Positions 20,002 through 28,866 of a DNA stretch of 64,000 nucleotides are shown in pieces. This DNA comes from Patescibacteria group bacterium (GTDB taxonomy: Bacteria > Patescibacteriota > Patescibacteriia > JAHIZJ01). The position numbers and the translations under genes were made by a program. Numbering within the stretch: the stretch's first letter is position 1; the number at the start of each line of letters is the position of its first letter. The notes beneath the pieces are model-generated. The model was not told the DNA's origin. It worked only from the letters and a program-made list of their open reading frames with translations, and searched no databases. The stretch spans positions 9,721 through 73,720 of the forward strand of contig JAQTMH010000001.1 of assembly GCA_028714495.1 (NCBI GenBank). Direction: 5' to 3'.

Positions 20002-20088
20002 GGGCGAGTGGCGGAACTGGCAGACGCACAGGACTCAAAATCCTGCGAGCGCAAGCTCATGAGAGTTCGATTCTCTCCTCGCCCACCA
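20002..20088 (+). tRNA. tRNA-Leu (anticodon CAA)
   Basis: Hand-folded cloverleaf: acceptor GGGCGAG/CTCGCCC, anticodon loop CUCAAAA, long variable arm GAGC-GCAA-GCUC, T-loop TTCGATT, 3' ACCA encoded. Flanked by an extended stem of more than 15 bp (ATCCCGCAT...ATGCGGGAT). Confidence 0.8.
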
Positions 20089-20401
20089 CTAGTGCGGGAT
20101 ATGCGGGACTCTAGCCCAGTACCGGAGCAGAGCGACTGGTACTGGGCAAAATCGTGCGGGGATGATCCCATGTCGATTCGACGGAGTTTATCCTGACGAA
20201 TGTCAGGAATCGGCGGCACTAACTACCTGAATTTCTCTAGCGCACGGACACGTCTGATGACTTGAGATAAATTACAATTCACCTTTTAGTTAAAAGGTGA
20301 ATTGAGACCCGTCGACGGCACCAGCTGGTGGTGATTACCGTTCCTTGATAAATATTCCAATATGCGCTATTATATAAACCACGGATAATATCCGTTAACG
20401 T

Positions 20402-20477
20402 CGCGGGGTGGAGCAGTTGGCAGCTCGCAAGGCTCATAACCTTGAGGTCGCCGGTTCGAGTCCGGCCCCCGCAACCA
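20402..20477 (+). tRNA. tRNA-Met, initiator type (anticodon CAU)
   Basis: Acceptor CGCGGGG/CCCCGCA gives a C1xA72 mismatch. U8, A11:U24, anticodon loop CUCAUAA, T-loop TTCGAGT, CCA encoded. Confidence 0.8.
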
Positions 20478-20617
20478 TGAACGACTCGCTGACGCTCGCA
20501 TTCATGGCTTGCGCCAGACATAATCGACACACTGACGCTCGCATTCATGGCTTGCGCCAACAAGATTCGGCGAGTCATTCATGCCTTGAACCAAAATACA
20601 TTATTTGGTTCAGGGCG
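20478..20617 (+). repeat. Structured tRNA-trailer element, copy 1
   Basis: AACGACTCGCTGACGCTCGCATTCATGGC...TTCGGCGAGTCATT forms a long-range inverted repeat. It contains an internal 28-nt direct repeat (20489-20516 and 20532-20559) and ends in hairpin TGAACCAAAAT...ATTTGGTTCA. Homologous to 21060-21180. Confidence 0.6.
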
Positions 20618-20654
20618 ATTAAAGTGATGGCACGGGAGATAAGGAGTATCATAA

Positions 20655-21005
20655 GTGAAAAACTGGTTCTATGTTTATGTCCTTATCAGTCTACTGGATG
20701 GCATGTTCTATCTTGGTTATACGACGAATCTCCGACAGAGAGTTATACAACACAATAACGGACTGAATGTCTCCACCGCTAAACCTCGTCCGCTTCGTCT
20801 CATCTACTATGAAGCTCATCGATCACAAGAAGATGCATTTCGCCGGGAAAGTTATTTCAAAACAGCCAAAGGAAAGATAATGCTTCGCTATATTATCCGT
20901 TCATCTTTAAGAGAGCGACAAACTCAAATCGCAAAGCTGGGTACCGCCGATGGCGTATACCCGAGCGAAGCGAGTGGTATACGCCAGGGTAGCTCAGTTG
21001 GTTAG
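20655..21005 (+). CDS. GIY-YIG nuclease-domain small protein (UPF0213-like)
   Basis: GTG start with an AAGGAG SD. YVYVL...FYLGYTTNLRQRVIQHN matches the GIY-YIG core (GIY...YIG...R...H/N). The ORF as drawn runs 23 nt into the next tRNA, so the true stop or C-terminus is uncertain. Confidence 0.6.
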   Translation: MKNWFYVYVLISLLDGMFYLGYTTNLRQRVIQHNNGLNVSTAKPRPLRLIYYEAHRSQEDAFRRESYFKTAKGKIMLRYIIRSSLRERQTQIAKLGTADGVYPSEASGIRQGSSVG

Positions 21006-21059
21006 AGCGTGGGACTCATAAGCCCAAGGTCGTGGGTTCGATCCCCACCCCTGGTACCA
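20983..21059 (+). tRNA. tRNA with CAU anticodon (elongator Met or Ile2/lysidine type)
   Basis: Acceptor GCCAGGG/CCCTGGT (G1-U72 wobble), D-arm GCTC/GAGC, anticodon loop CUCAUAA (31-39 non-canonical), T-loop TTCGATC, CCA encoded. Confidence 0.7.
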
Positions 21060-21180
21060 TAAACGACTCGCTGATGCTCGCATTTATGGCATAAGCCAGT
21101 AATACTCGACATATTGACATTCAGATTCGGAGCTTGCGCTAGCTAAGGTTCGGCGAGTCGTTTACGCCCTGAACCCGACC
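21060..21180 (+). repeat. Structured tRNA-trailer element, copy 2
   Basis: AAACGACTCGCTGATGCTCGCATTTATGGC...GGTTCGGCGAGTCGTTTACGCCCTGAACC. Same architecture and about 80% local identity to copy 1. Confidence 0.6.
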
Positions 21181-21263
21181 ATGGACCATAGCGGTTCATG
21201 GGATTGGTTTAGAGCGAAAGTGAATGAAGGGCTGAAGTATATTTATACCTGTAAATAGGTAAA

Positions 21264-21797
21264 ATGTTTCTCACCACTCACGCGGCAGCGGGCGTTTTAA
21301 TCAGTCAGAGGTTTGATTCGCCCCTGTTGGTTTTTTTTATTTCGATTTTTGCCCATTTTGTCATGGATTTTATCCCGCACGGCGATGAAAATCTCTATCA
21401 GGAATGGGATCCGAAAAAAAGAATGCGGGCCGCTCGGGTAAGTGTTATTGACTTCCTGATCGTCGTAATTATGATAATGGTTCTCTATCGCACCACCGAC
21501 CTGCCGCGCTTCGGGCTGGTCAGCGCTGGTTTGGCCGGATCGCTTTTACCCGACCTGGCCTCAAATTTTTTTCCCTTGCTGCATAAAAAATTCCGCGAGG
21601 TTTTCATCTTTCGTTCGCTTGGCTTCCTGAGAAAAAAGATTTTTCTGCTTCATCCGATTATGAAAAGACAGGACATTTGGCATCGTTGGTTCCACCGTTT
21701 TTTTGACCACTTTCTGGACTACCGCATTTCTCCAGTGGCGGGCATAGCGATTCAAATTATTATTATCGCGATATTTCTAATCACTGAAATTCGTTGA
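21264..21797 (+). CDS. Small polytopic membrane protein, YdjM/DUF457-like (paralog 1)
   Basis: N-terminal T-H-AAAG and D-F-I-P-H-G-D motifs resemble membrane-bound metal-dependent hydrolase (YdjM) signatures. About 4 TM helices. Confidence 0.45.
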   Translation: MFLTTHAAAGVLISQRFDSPLLVFFISIFAHFVMDFIPHGDENLYQEWDPKKRMRAARVSVIDFLIVVIMIMVLYRTTDLPRFGLVSAGLAGSLLPDLASNFFPLLHKKFREVFIFRSLGFLRKKIFLLHPIMKRQDIWHRWFHRFFDHFLDYRISPVAGIAIQIIIIAIFLITEIR

Positions 21798-21798
21798 T

Positions 21799-22317
21799 AT
21801 GTTTATCACGGTCCACGCCTCCTGCGGTATTTTTATCAGCCAGGCGGTTAAATCGCCTATTTTAGTTTTTTTACTGTCTTTATTTTCACATTACCTTCTG
21901 GACATTATTCCCCACGGTGATCGGGACTTAAGCGAGTGGATCGGGAAAAAGCCGGTTCGACTTTTTAAAATAGAAGCGATCGACCTGACAATACTGGCAG
22001 TCTATTTGGGAATCCTTTTCTGGCAAGGCTCCGAATCCAATATATTATTATTGGTAATTAGCATAATCGGCGCGGCTCTACCCGACATCCTGTCAGAAAT
22101 ACGCCATCAATCAATAAATAGTCTGGCGACTTTTTATCGGCAATTTCGTCTGCTTGATCGCATCAGATTAATAAAAGGATTCCTTAACTGGCAAAACCGC
22201 GTTCATGATAAACTTCATTGGCTGATTAAAACAAACATGGGATGGGTTGGGGGAATTTCGATACAAGTAATACTGGTATTGATGTTTTTCTTTCTTACTG
22301 CCAAATTTTTTAAATAA
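21799..22317 (+). CDS. Small polytopic membrane protein, YdjM/DUF457-like (paralog 2)
   Basis: Tandem paralog of the previous gene (MFITVHASCGIFISQ...LLDIIPHGDRD). Starts 1 nt after the upstream stop. Confidence 0.45.
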   Translation: MFITVHASCGIFISQAVKSPILVFLLSLFSHYLLDIIPHGDRDLSEWIGKKPVRLFKIEAIDLTILAVYLGILFWQGSESNILLLVISIIGAALPDILSEIRHQSINSLATFYRQFRLLDRIRLIKGFLNWQNRVHDKLHWLIKTNMGWVGGISIQVILVLMFFFLTAKFFK

Positions 22318-22318
22318 A

Positions 22319-22350
22319 AAAGGGGCAGTTTCAGATGAAACCGCCCCATT
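22319..22350. terminator. Bidirectional terminator hairpin between convergent genes
   Basis: AAAAAGGGGC-AGTTTCAGATGAAACC-GCCCCATT. A GC stem with A/T runs on both sides. Confidence 0.5.
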
Positions 22351-22373
22351 AAGAATGTGCATTCCGGTGTCAG

Positions 22374-23474
22374 TCATCGGAACAGGGGTCTGCCCGGTGG
22401 CTCAATCACCTTCAACCGTACCACGACCTCACCTTCGCAATTGTTCGGATCATAGTACAGAGTTCCGTCGTCCTGTTCGCGGCACCTTGAGGGGTTGAAG
22501 TCCACCCAGAGAATCCCTCCGGGCAGAGACACCATCCCTTTATAGATGCCGCTCCACGTAAAGGGAGCGCACCATTCCCCATCGCCGATGCGATACATGA
22601 AAGCGCCGCATGGCACATCCCGGTTTTTGAACCAACCGGGATGTTCGTAATCCCTGGGGTATCTCGGCATTCCATTGCCCAAGGTGTCGCCAGACACAGA
22701 AACCCAGCGTTCCTTGTGCTTTTGATTGCCCCAGTATTTGTACACTACTCCGGGGACTTTCTCCCAGACCAATCGCGACCCGGGTCGAAGTTCGAGATTG
22801 CCTTGGCCGATCTGAATAGGATGCGGTCCTTGCGACCGGGTGTCGAAGCGGATCAGGGCGCCGTCAGAACTTCTGGGATCACCTTCGAGTATGGCGTACT
22901 CGACTGACACGCCCTGGGTGTTTCCGGGCACTCCTTTGGCTGAAGGGAAAACGAACCCCTTGGCGTTGACCAACGTAAGCACCAGCAGGATCAGGTAGAG
23001 AATCTTGATGGCCAAGTTCCAGCGCCAGGCAATAACCACCGCCATGAGAGCGATGACGACTGCATAGAACGACCAGACTGGTCCGATTGTACCCAAATGG
23101 CTTAGTGCGCCCTGAACCGCGCCGGGTAAGATATTGGACAAACCCCGAGGAATCAAGAGAAAGAGCACCACAAGGGTCAACGCAACCTGGAGTAACATGA
23201 TGAATCTGCCCCCTATTCGTTTGATGAATAGGGCGTAACCTAAGGTGCCAAGTAACAGAATGCCAACGATGAGTGTGATGACGTTGGAAAACTTGTACCG
23301 TCCGACTAGGATTCCGACAACCACAAACGCGATGAAAAGACCAGAAAGCCACTTGGCATTACCGTCCCATAATAGATAGAGTCCCCAGGGTCTATCTCCG
23401 CGTCTGGGATTTTTCGGGACTATCAACCTAGCGATGAACCAGAGAAAGGCAAGCGCGCCGATCAAATACCACAT
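22374..23474 (-). CDS. Membrane-anchored protein with extracytoplasmic beta-rich C-terminal domain (GC-rich island)
   Basis: Five to six N-terminal TM helices, then a ~190-aa Gly/Trp/Cys-containing soluble domain. No recognised family. About 58% GC. Confidence 0.5.
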   Translation of the reverse strand: MWYLIGALAFLWFIARLIVPKNPRRGDRPWGLYLLWDGNAKWLSGLFIAFVVVGILVGRYKFSNVITLIVGILLLGTLGYALFIKRIGGRFIMLLQVALTLVVLFLLIPRGLSNILPGAVQGALSHLGTIGPVWSFYAVVIALMAVVIAWRWNLAIKILYLILLVLTLVNAKGFVFPSAKGVPGNTQGVSVEYAILEGDPRSSDGALIRFDTRSQGPHPIQIGQGNLELRPGSRLVWEKVPGVVYKYWGNQKHKERWVSVSGDTLGNGMPRYPRDYEHPGWFKNRDVPCGAFMYRIGDGEWCAPFTWSGIYKGMVSLPGGILWVDFNPSRCREQDDGTLYYDPNNCEGEVVVRLKVIEPPGRPLFR

Positions 23475-23556
23475 TGCTAGTCCTCCTCCTTCAAAGCAGC
23501 GGCAGTCGTGGCCTTAGAGTTTACCAGGCCACAGACACAAACGCCCGCCTGGTTGG

Positions 23557-25629
23557 TTAGGGTTTCTTCCCCTTACCCGATTCGGTATCAACCTCTCTTG
23601 TGTCTTCAGGTGCGGCTCTCCCGGCCTTTTTCAGTAGCGTGGCCAGTAAAGCCTCGCTGGTACTACTTTCGCCAATCTGAACAATGGCCCCACCCTTGGC
23701 CGCGGCAACTGTGTCAAGCCGAGCCAGATCCCGACCCAGCTCTGGACCCTTGTCAGCGTAGGCTTGTACCCGCTGTCTGATGAAAGCAGCTTCGCCTCGA
23801 CCTTCAGTTTCCCGGGCGACGGCTTTCCGTTCAGCCACAATCTGCATGGACAATAGATCTTTTCCTTCCTGGTCCACGGGATTGACTTCCTCAATTGCTA
23901 GAGCAGTAATGACCACGCCGCATTGCTGTAAAGCCATGCGCAGGATATCGGCTTTCCGGCTATAGACGATCAATTGACCGTCGGCGCCAACCGTCTGCTG
24001 GGCTGTGTCTTTCGTATCCAACACTTCGATCCGATATCTCGGCTTGCCCGTCTCTTTGTCCTGAGGCATGGGTGTCACGCAGACCACTCGCTTATTGCCC
24101 TTGACCCCCTCAATGATGAACTCAGCCAATGGCCCCCGTGCGTCAAAAACTGCGAAAAATGGTAAGGCCCTGCTCAAATCTCTGGTTACATCCGAGGCAT
24201 TAGTGATGACGACCTTACGCCAGTTGTCGATCTCGAAGTAAGCCTTATATACATTTCTCACATTGACATAGAGAGTCATGAAGAACTCAACGGCCGGACC
24301 ATCGGCTGTTTCAGCCTTTACCACATGAACGCGCAATTGAATCCGGCCGAGGCCGATTTCCTTGAATTGAAGGGTTTCGGATCCTGGTATACGAACTTTC
24401 ACGCCCTTGTCGTCCACTTTATCAGTCCAGGTTTCGATTTGAACGGTGTGTTCCATCACGGTATCCCAGGGCGCCCCGATCACACGCAAACCGCCCAAGA
24501 TCCCGTGGCGCGGACTTTGGACATTGCGGCAGTCAGCAATGCACCAATCAAGCATATCGGGCGGCAGTCCGGGGATTTCATCCACCAGCTCTTGATGCGT
24601 CATGATATCGTATTTCCAGAATCGCTCTTCATACGCTGGTATGTGAGAGATGGCATCGAGGATTCTCTGGGCCTCAGATTCATTAAAGGCGACAATCTGC
24701 CTAGCCAGTTCCAAATCGCTTTGTATGTTGCTGGCTTCGCTCGTGATCCCACGGAAAGGCTCGGCGTCACCCAAAGCTGCCCGCAGAGCATCCAAGACAT
24801 CTTTGACCTGTGCTTTACGCGAACAGATCAGGAAGTACAGACAATTCAGTCTCAAGGCCGCCTGGGTAGTGATCATCCGCCGGTTTCTGAAGGTCCAGCC
24901 GACCCTCAAAAACATTCCTTTTCTGACGAATATCATGGCAGCGGCTTCTCTGATGTAGGCGAAGCAGAGCTCTCGCTTAGCTAAACCATCAACAACATAG
25001 ATGGTGGTAATCAGCCAAGCGATGAAGATGACCAAACCGACCAACCGATCTGGTATCAAGGCGCAAAGAAGAAAAACCACGCAGCTGGTCGCAATGAAGA
25101 TGAGAAAATACCAGATTTTCAGCGTTTGGTCATCAAGGGTGTAAATCCAGCGATCCAGCCAATGGCTGAACCGCTGATGGACTTTCGATTTGGCGACAAG
25201 GTGTAGCGCCAAACCGATCACCAGAAGGGTGCCAGTGGCGCCAAACAACATGCGCACGTTCTTGCTGATCACTGACGTATGCGCCAGCGACAAGGCAATA
25301 CCGACAATTCCGAGCACCGCCCAGACAACAACAATCCAAATCTTGTGCTTAGACGCACTTCTTTCAACTCGCAGGATTGTCTGCCACAAGCCGGTGCCGG
25401 ATTTCTTCCAACCGTCTCCAGGCATCTTGATTGCCTTTCTTTTCCTCCTAGCCACTCGATGGCTCTCAATCAAATCTCTGATCTGCCGTTGCCGAACAGT
25501 TTCTTCGGATCCCGCCACCATCTGTCTCATGCGTCTGGCCGCCACGACTCTACGCCAACAAACCGTGGCTATAAAGCCAATTACGGTGACAGCCAAAACA
25601 ACGATCAGGACCACTAGCGATTTAGGCAT
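23557..25629 (-). CDS. SPFH/band-7 (flotillin/YqiK-like) protein with N-terminal polytopic membrane region
   Basis: C-terminal half has the band-7 signature (YFEIDNWRKVVITNASDVTRDLSRALPFF...IVAERKAVARETEGRGEAAFIRQRVQAYADKGPELGRDLARLDTVAAAKGGAIVQIGE). N-terminal ~250 aa carry several TM helices. Strong AAGGAGG SD. Confidence 0.7.
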   Translation of the reverse strand: MPKSLVVLIVVLAVTVIGFIATVCWRRVVAARRMRQMVAGSEETVRQRQIRDLIESHRVARRKRKAIKMPGDGWKKSGTGLWQTILRVERSASKHKIWIVVVWAVLGIVGIALSLAHTSVISKNVRMLFGATGTLLVIGLALHLVAKSKVHQRFSHWLDRWIYTLDDQTLKIWYFLIFIATSCVVFLLCALIPDRLVGLVIFIAWLITTIYVVDGLAKRELCFAYIREAAAMIFVRKGMFLRVGWTFRNRRMITTQAALRLNCLYFLICSRKAQVKDVLDALRAALGDAEPFRGITSEASNIQSDLELARQIVAFNESEAQRILDAISHIPAYEERFWKYDIMTHQELVDEIPGLPPDMLDWCIADCRNVQSPRHGILGGLRVIGAPWDTVMEHTVQIETWTDKVDDKGVKVRIPGSETLQFKEIGLGRIQLRVHVVKAETADGPAVEFFMTLYVNVRNVYKAYFEIDNWRKVVITNASDVTRDLSRALPFFAVFDARGPLAEFIIEGVKGNKRVVCVTPMPQDKETGKPRYRIEVLDTKDTAQQTVGADGQLIVYSRKADILRMALQQCGVVITALAIEEVNPVDQEGKDLLSMQIVAERKAVARETEGRGEAAFIRQRVQAYADKGPELGRDLARLDTVAAAKGGAIVQIGESSTSEALLATLLKKAGRAAPEDTREVDTESGKGKKP

Positions 25630-25810
25630 AGCGAACCTCCTTCTTTAGCCCAGAGCTGATTAGCTCTTTTCTTGCCTGGTTAGCGAAGTTCCCTTGGTCA
25701 TTAAGACCCGATCTATCTGTGAATTGTCAATGGACAAATCAATCACTTAGATTGACCTTCGATATTTACATATTTATTACTTTTTGTCAAGGTCAGATAC
25801 GCACAATATA

Positions 25811-25831
25811 AAAAACGGGTTTTAGCCCGTC
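25811..25831 (-). terminator. Rho-independent terminator downstream of lgt
   Basis: Minus strand: ACGGG-CTAAAA-CCCGT followed by TTTTTT. Confidence 0.6.
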
Positions 25832-25860
25832 ATTCTAATTTTGCAAGGGAGTTAAATTGT

Positions 25861-26637
25861 CTAGCCCGCTTGTTTTGCCTTCCTTTTTAAAAATAGCGCA
25901 AGCAGTCCAATCGCGATAGCCCCAAGCGAGAAGAATTGGCTTGGATGCAGGCCCAACCAGACAACCGGATCAGAGCCCGGCAAATCAGTGGCCCTTAGCA
26001 TGTCGGAGAAAAACCTAAACAGGCCATAGAGAACAAAAAACACGAGAATTAACCGCCCAGACTGTTTCTGAAACCAGGGCTTATTTCTCAGCCAGACAAA
26101 AAGCCCATACACTACCAAACCGAAAACAATCTCGTAAAGCGCTGTCTCGTGGCGGATAGTGCCGTCAGCGGTTTTTATTCCCCAAGGCAGAGCTGTAATC
26201 CGGCCCAGGTGGTCAAGAAACAGAAAACACCCGATCCGACCGAAAGCCAAGCCCAGCGGCAAAACAAACCCGATCGCGTCAGCGAAAGTCCAGAAAGGGA
26301 GCTTTTTCAGTCTCAAGTATGCCCAACCGGCAAGCACCGCGCCGATGAACCCGCCATAGATTCCCAGCCCGCCTTCCCAAATCTTCAAAGCCTCGATAAG
26401 GTTGTCGTGATAATAACCCCATTCGTTAAAAACATAAAAAATCCGTCCCCCAATCAACGAAGCGATTAATATCACTATGGCCAAATCTAAAACTGATTCG
26501 CCGGCTAAGCCGCGTCTCCTGGCTTCACGATAGCCTAACAGCGTGGCAGCCAGAAACGCCAGGGCGACAGAAAAACCCCAGACATTTATCGTGACAGGTC
26601 CAAGATTAAAACTGTAGATTTCAAAATAGGGTATCAT
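25861..26637 (-). CDS. lgt: Prolipoprotein diacylglyceryl transferase
   Basis: 258-aa polytopic protein with the Lgt signature region (GGRIFYV, LGLHPSQFFSLG). Confidence 0.85.
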   Translation of the reverse strand: MIPYFEIYSFNLGPVTINVWGFSVALAFLAATLLGYREARRRGLAGESVLDLAIVILIASLIGGRIFYVFNEWGYYHDNLIEALKIWEGGLGIYGGFIGAVLAGWAYLRLKKLPFWTFADAIGFVLPLGLAFGRIGCFLFLDHLGRITALPWGIKTADGTIRHETALYEIVFGLVVYGLFVWLRNKPWFQKQSGRLILVFFVLYGLFRFFSDMLRATDLPGSDPVVWLGLHPSQFFSLGAIAIGLLALFLKRKAKQAG

Positions 26638-26733
26638 CTAAATCTAAGTATAATAAAAATATCGATTTCCTACAACAAAAAACCGCCCGAAGGCGTCTAG
26701 AACTTTGCGACTATTAATTATCAGGCCAGAAGT

Positions 26734-26997
26734 TTAGATGTATTTGAATACGATACGCATTTTCTCTTTCTCAAGCATGTCACCGCAACGGCAGGAACCA
26801 GGATTCTTCGCCTCAGTCCAGCACGACGGACAAATATAGCGCGAGCGGTTTAACAGGCGCGCCCTGGCTGCGGTTTTCCGATAATGGACTTTGACTTTCA
26901 TATCAACCTTATCATAGGACAAACGGGTTTTATCTAGAAGTTGACGAGGTGTTGAAAAGCCATCTTTTACGGTGAATAAACCTGTTGAAAAGAACAA
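26734..26997 (-). CDS. Small zinc-ribbon protein (hypothetical)
   Basis: CPSC...CRCG cysteine pairs. The true start may be the internal MKVKVHY. No family assignment. Confidence 0.3.
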   Translation of the reverse strand: MFFSTGLFTVKDGFSTPRQLLDKTRLSYDKVDMKVKVHYRKTAARARLLNRSRYICPSCWTEAKNPGSCRCGDMLEKEKMRIVFKYI

Positions 26998-27017
26998 CGC
27001 CTGGGCTAACCTTGGGA

Positions 27018-27797
27018 TTAATTTATCTCACCGTTTATTTCAGTATTAACCGTGTCTGATTCCAGCTCTTGCCCGGGCAAAAGATAATTAATGATGTCGA
27101 CGAAGTTTTGAGCTGTCAGAGCTCCTTCAGCTTTATAGCCATTGAAGAAAAACGTCGGGACGCCCCTGATGCCGGCAGCCAGACCCGCCTGCGTATCCGC
27201 CTGTACTTCCTTTTGATAACGTCGAGACTCATAGCAACTCTTGAAATTATTTTGATCGAGACCGATATCTCCAGCCAATTTATATATTTGCTCGTCATTT
27301 AATAGCTCGCTCTGCAAAAATAAACGGTCGTGCATTATCCAAAATTTGCCCTGCTCATTAGCGCACTGGGCGGCTTCAGCTAAGCGGCCCGCTCTCTCGT
27401 CAGAATCCGTAACGAAGTCCCGAAAAATCAATTTGACACTTCCGTTGTACACTGACACTATATCCCGAATAGTCTTAGCGGTCTCTTGACAATAGCTTGA
27501 ATGCCAGTCGCAAAATTCAACAATGGTTACCAGAGACGACGTTCCGCCGACAGCCGGATCATCCGCGGTCTCAACCGAATAGGGACTGCCGAGAAATATT
27601 TCTTCTGCCGTTAAGTTGGCTTGAGCTTGATTGGTCAGCTCTGAGACGGACTTCCCGAAAACCAATCCTTGGCAGACGAGATAGACCGCTGACAATATAA
27701 AGATTATGACGAAGGCTATCGCCAAAATCCCCCACCACCGAGCAAACCACGGCAAGGAACGTGATTGATTTTCTGCCGGCCGATCGGACATAAGCAA
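27018..27797 (-). CDS. DsbA-like thioredoxin-fold protein with atypical active site, membrane-anchored
   Basis: N-terminal TM anchor. Thioredoxin-fold hallmarks (VTIVEF-C-DWHSSY-C, cis-Pro motif GVPTFFFNG). The Cys pair is spaced CxxxxxxC rather than CxxC. Confidence 0.5.
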   Translation of the reverse strand: MLMSDRPAENQSRSLPWFARWWGILAIAFVIIFILSAVYLVCQGLVFGKSVSELTNQAQANLTAEEIFLGSPYSVETADDPAVGGTSSLVTIVEFCDWHSSYCQETAKTIRDIVSVYNGSVKLIFRDFVTDSDERAGRLAEAAQCANEQGKFWIMHDRLFLQSELLNDEQIYKLAGDIGLDQNNFKSCYESRRYQKEVQADTQAGLAAGIRGVPTFFFNGYKAEGALTAQNFVDIINYLLPGQELESDTVNTEINGEIN

Positions 27798-27840
27798 TTC
27801 AAAGACGCCCCTCGGTTAGAGGCAGCGTCTTTAGATCAAA

Positions 27841-28638
27841 TTATTTTGAGAGTAGTTGTTTGACTTCGGCTTCAAGCGTGGCATAGGGAACCGCGCCACC
27901 AAGTGATTCATTGTTCAGGAAGTTTCCGGGTGTGCCCTGGACGCCTTTTGAAATTCCCAGCTGGGCGTCAGCGTCAATCTTATCAGCGTATTTATCTGAA
28001 CTGACGCAGTCATTGAATTTATCAATATTCAAGCCAAGTTTGGTGGCAGTTTCTACGTAAAAGTCGGCGCCCAGAGAATCTTGATTCGCGTATAGCTCAT
28101 CAGCAAAGCTCCAAAATCCGTCGTTTCCTTTCTGTTCAGCCGCGCACTCTGCGGCTAAAGCCGCGGGTTGAGCCTCGGCATGGAAATCGAGAGGAAAATG
28201 TTTAAAGACCCACCGGACATCGTTCGGATATTTCTCTAGAAGCTGGTTCATGGTATCGTGGAATTTCGAGCAGTATGGGCATTGAAAATCAGACCACTCC
28301 AGAATAGTCACTTTAGCGTCAGCTTTACCGCGAACATAATCCTGGTCAGTCACCGTGTAATCAATCTTTTCTGGCACAGCCGCGGCTTGATTGGTATTGA
28401 CTTGGGCGTTGGTATTGGCATTGGTATTAACCTTTTCGGTGCCGGCTACGGAACCGTTTGTGTCATTTGAATTATCCATTCCGCCCTGGATGTAAACGGT
28501 CAACAGGACAAAGAAGCCGATTGTGCATAAAAGCATCACTCCACCGACTAAACCGGTTACAAAGCTGGCTCTAGGCGAAAGACTGGCAAAAACGCCTTTT
28601 GGCCCCTGAGATGGGGTTTCGTTGTTGTATTGGGACAT
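27841..28638 (-). CDS. DsbA-family thiol:disulfide oxidoreductase, membrane-anchored
   Basis: TM anchor, then ILEWSDFQCPYCSKFH (CPYC active site) and GVQGTPGNFLNNE cis-Pro loop. Confidence 0.75.
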   Translation of the reverse strand: MSQYNNETPSQGPKGVFASLSPRASFVTGLVGGVMLLCTIGFFVLLTVYIQGGMDNSNDTNGSVAGTEKVNTNANTNAQVNTNQAAAVPEKIDYTVTDQDYVRGKADAKVTILEWSDFQCPYCSKFHDTMNQLLEKYPNDVRWVFKHFPLDFHAEAQPAALAAECAAEQKGNDGFWSFADELYANQDSLGADFYVETATKLGLNIDKFNDCVSSDKYADKIDADAQLGISKGVQGTPGNFLNNESLGGAVPYATLEAEVKQLLSK

Positions 28639-28866
28639 TGATTTTAGTCTCCTCTTTTACATTAATTAAATTGCTCTCTCCTATGGGGTACAGTGTAACA
28701 TAAAATATATTCTTGTCAAATTCACATGAATGCTATTTTCCCCATAACCCTACGTCTAACCCTACATCAGCAAAAAATAGCTCGGGCCGACTACAATATC
28801 AACCTGAATTTATGGTCCTTGAAAACAAAAACGGCCATATCCCGCAGCCAGGAGGTTTTGGCTGAA

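Noticed and set aside
20151-20477. Possible tmRNA (ssrA): GCGGGGAUGAUCCCAUGUCGAUUCGACGGAG resembles the tmRNA 5' end (GGGG...GAUUCGAC...GG), and CCCCGCAACCA ~320 nt downstream could pair with it.
   Set aside because: The downstream 3' end belongs to a complete, canonical initiator tRNA-Met cloverleaf (U8, D-arm, anticodon arm, C1xA72). No tag-peptide reading frame ending in ...AA-stop is evident in between. The GGGG-to-GAUUCGAC spacing is longer than in known tmRNAs. Kept only as a note; an Rfam RF00023 scan would settle it.
19924-20578. ORF-track proteins 19924-20196 (+), 19947-20219 (-), 20279-20578 (-) and 20408-20758 (+)
   Set aside because: They overlap the tRNA-Leu, the tRNA-fMet and hairpin-dense spacer sequence. 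Their high-GC, Arg/Ser-rich translations are typical of spurious ORFs over structured RNA.
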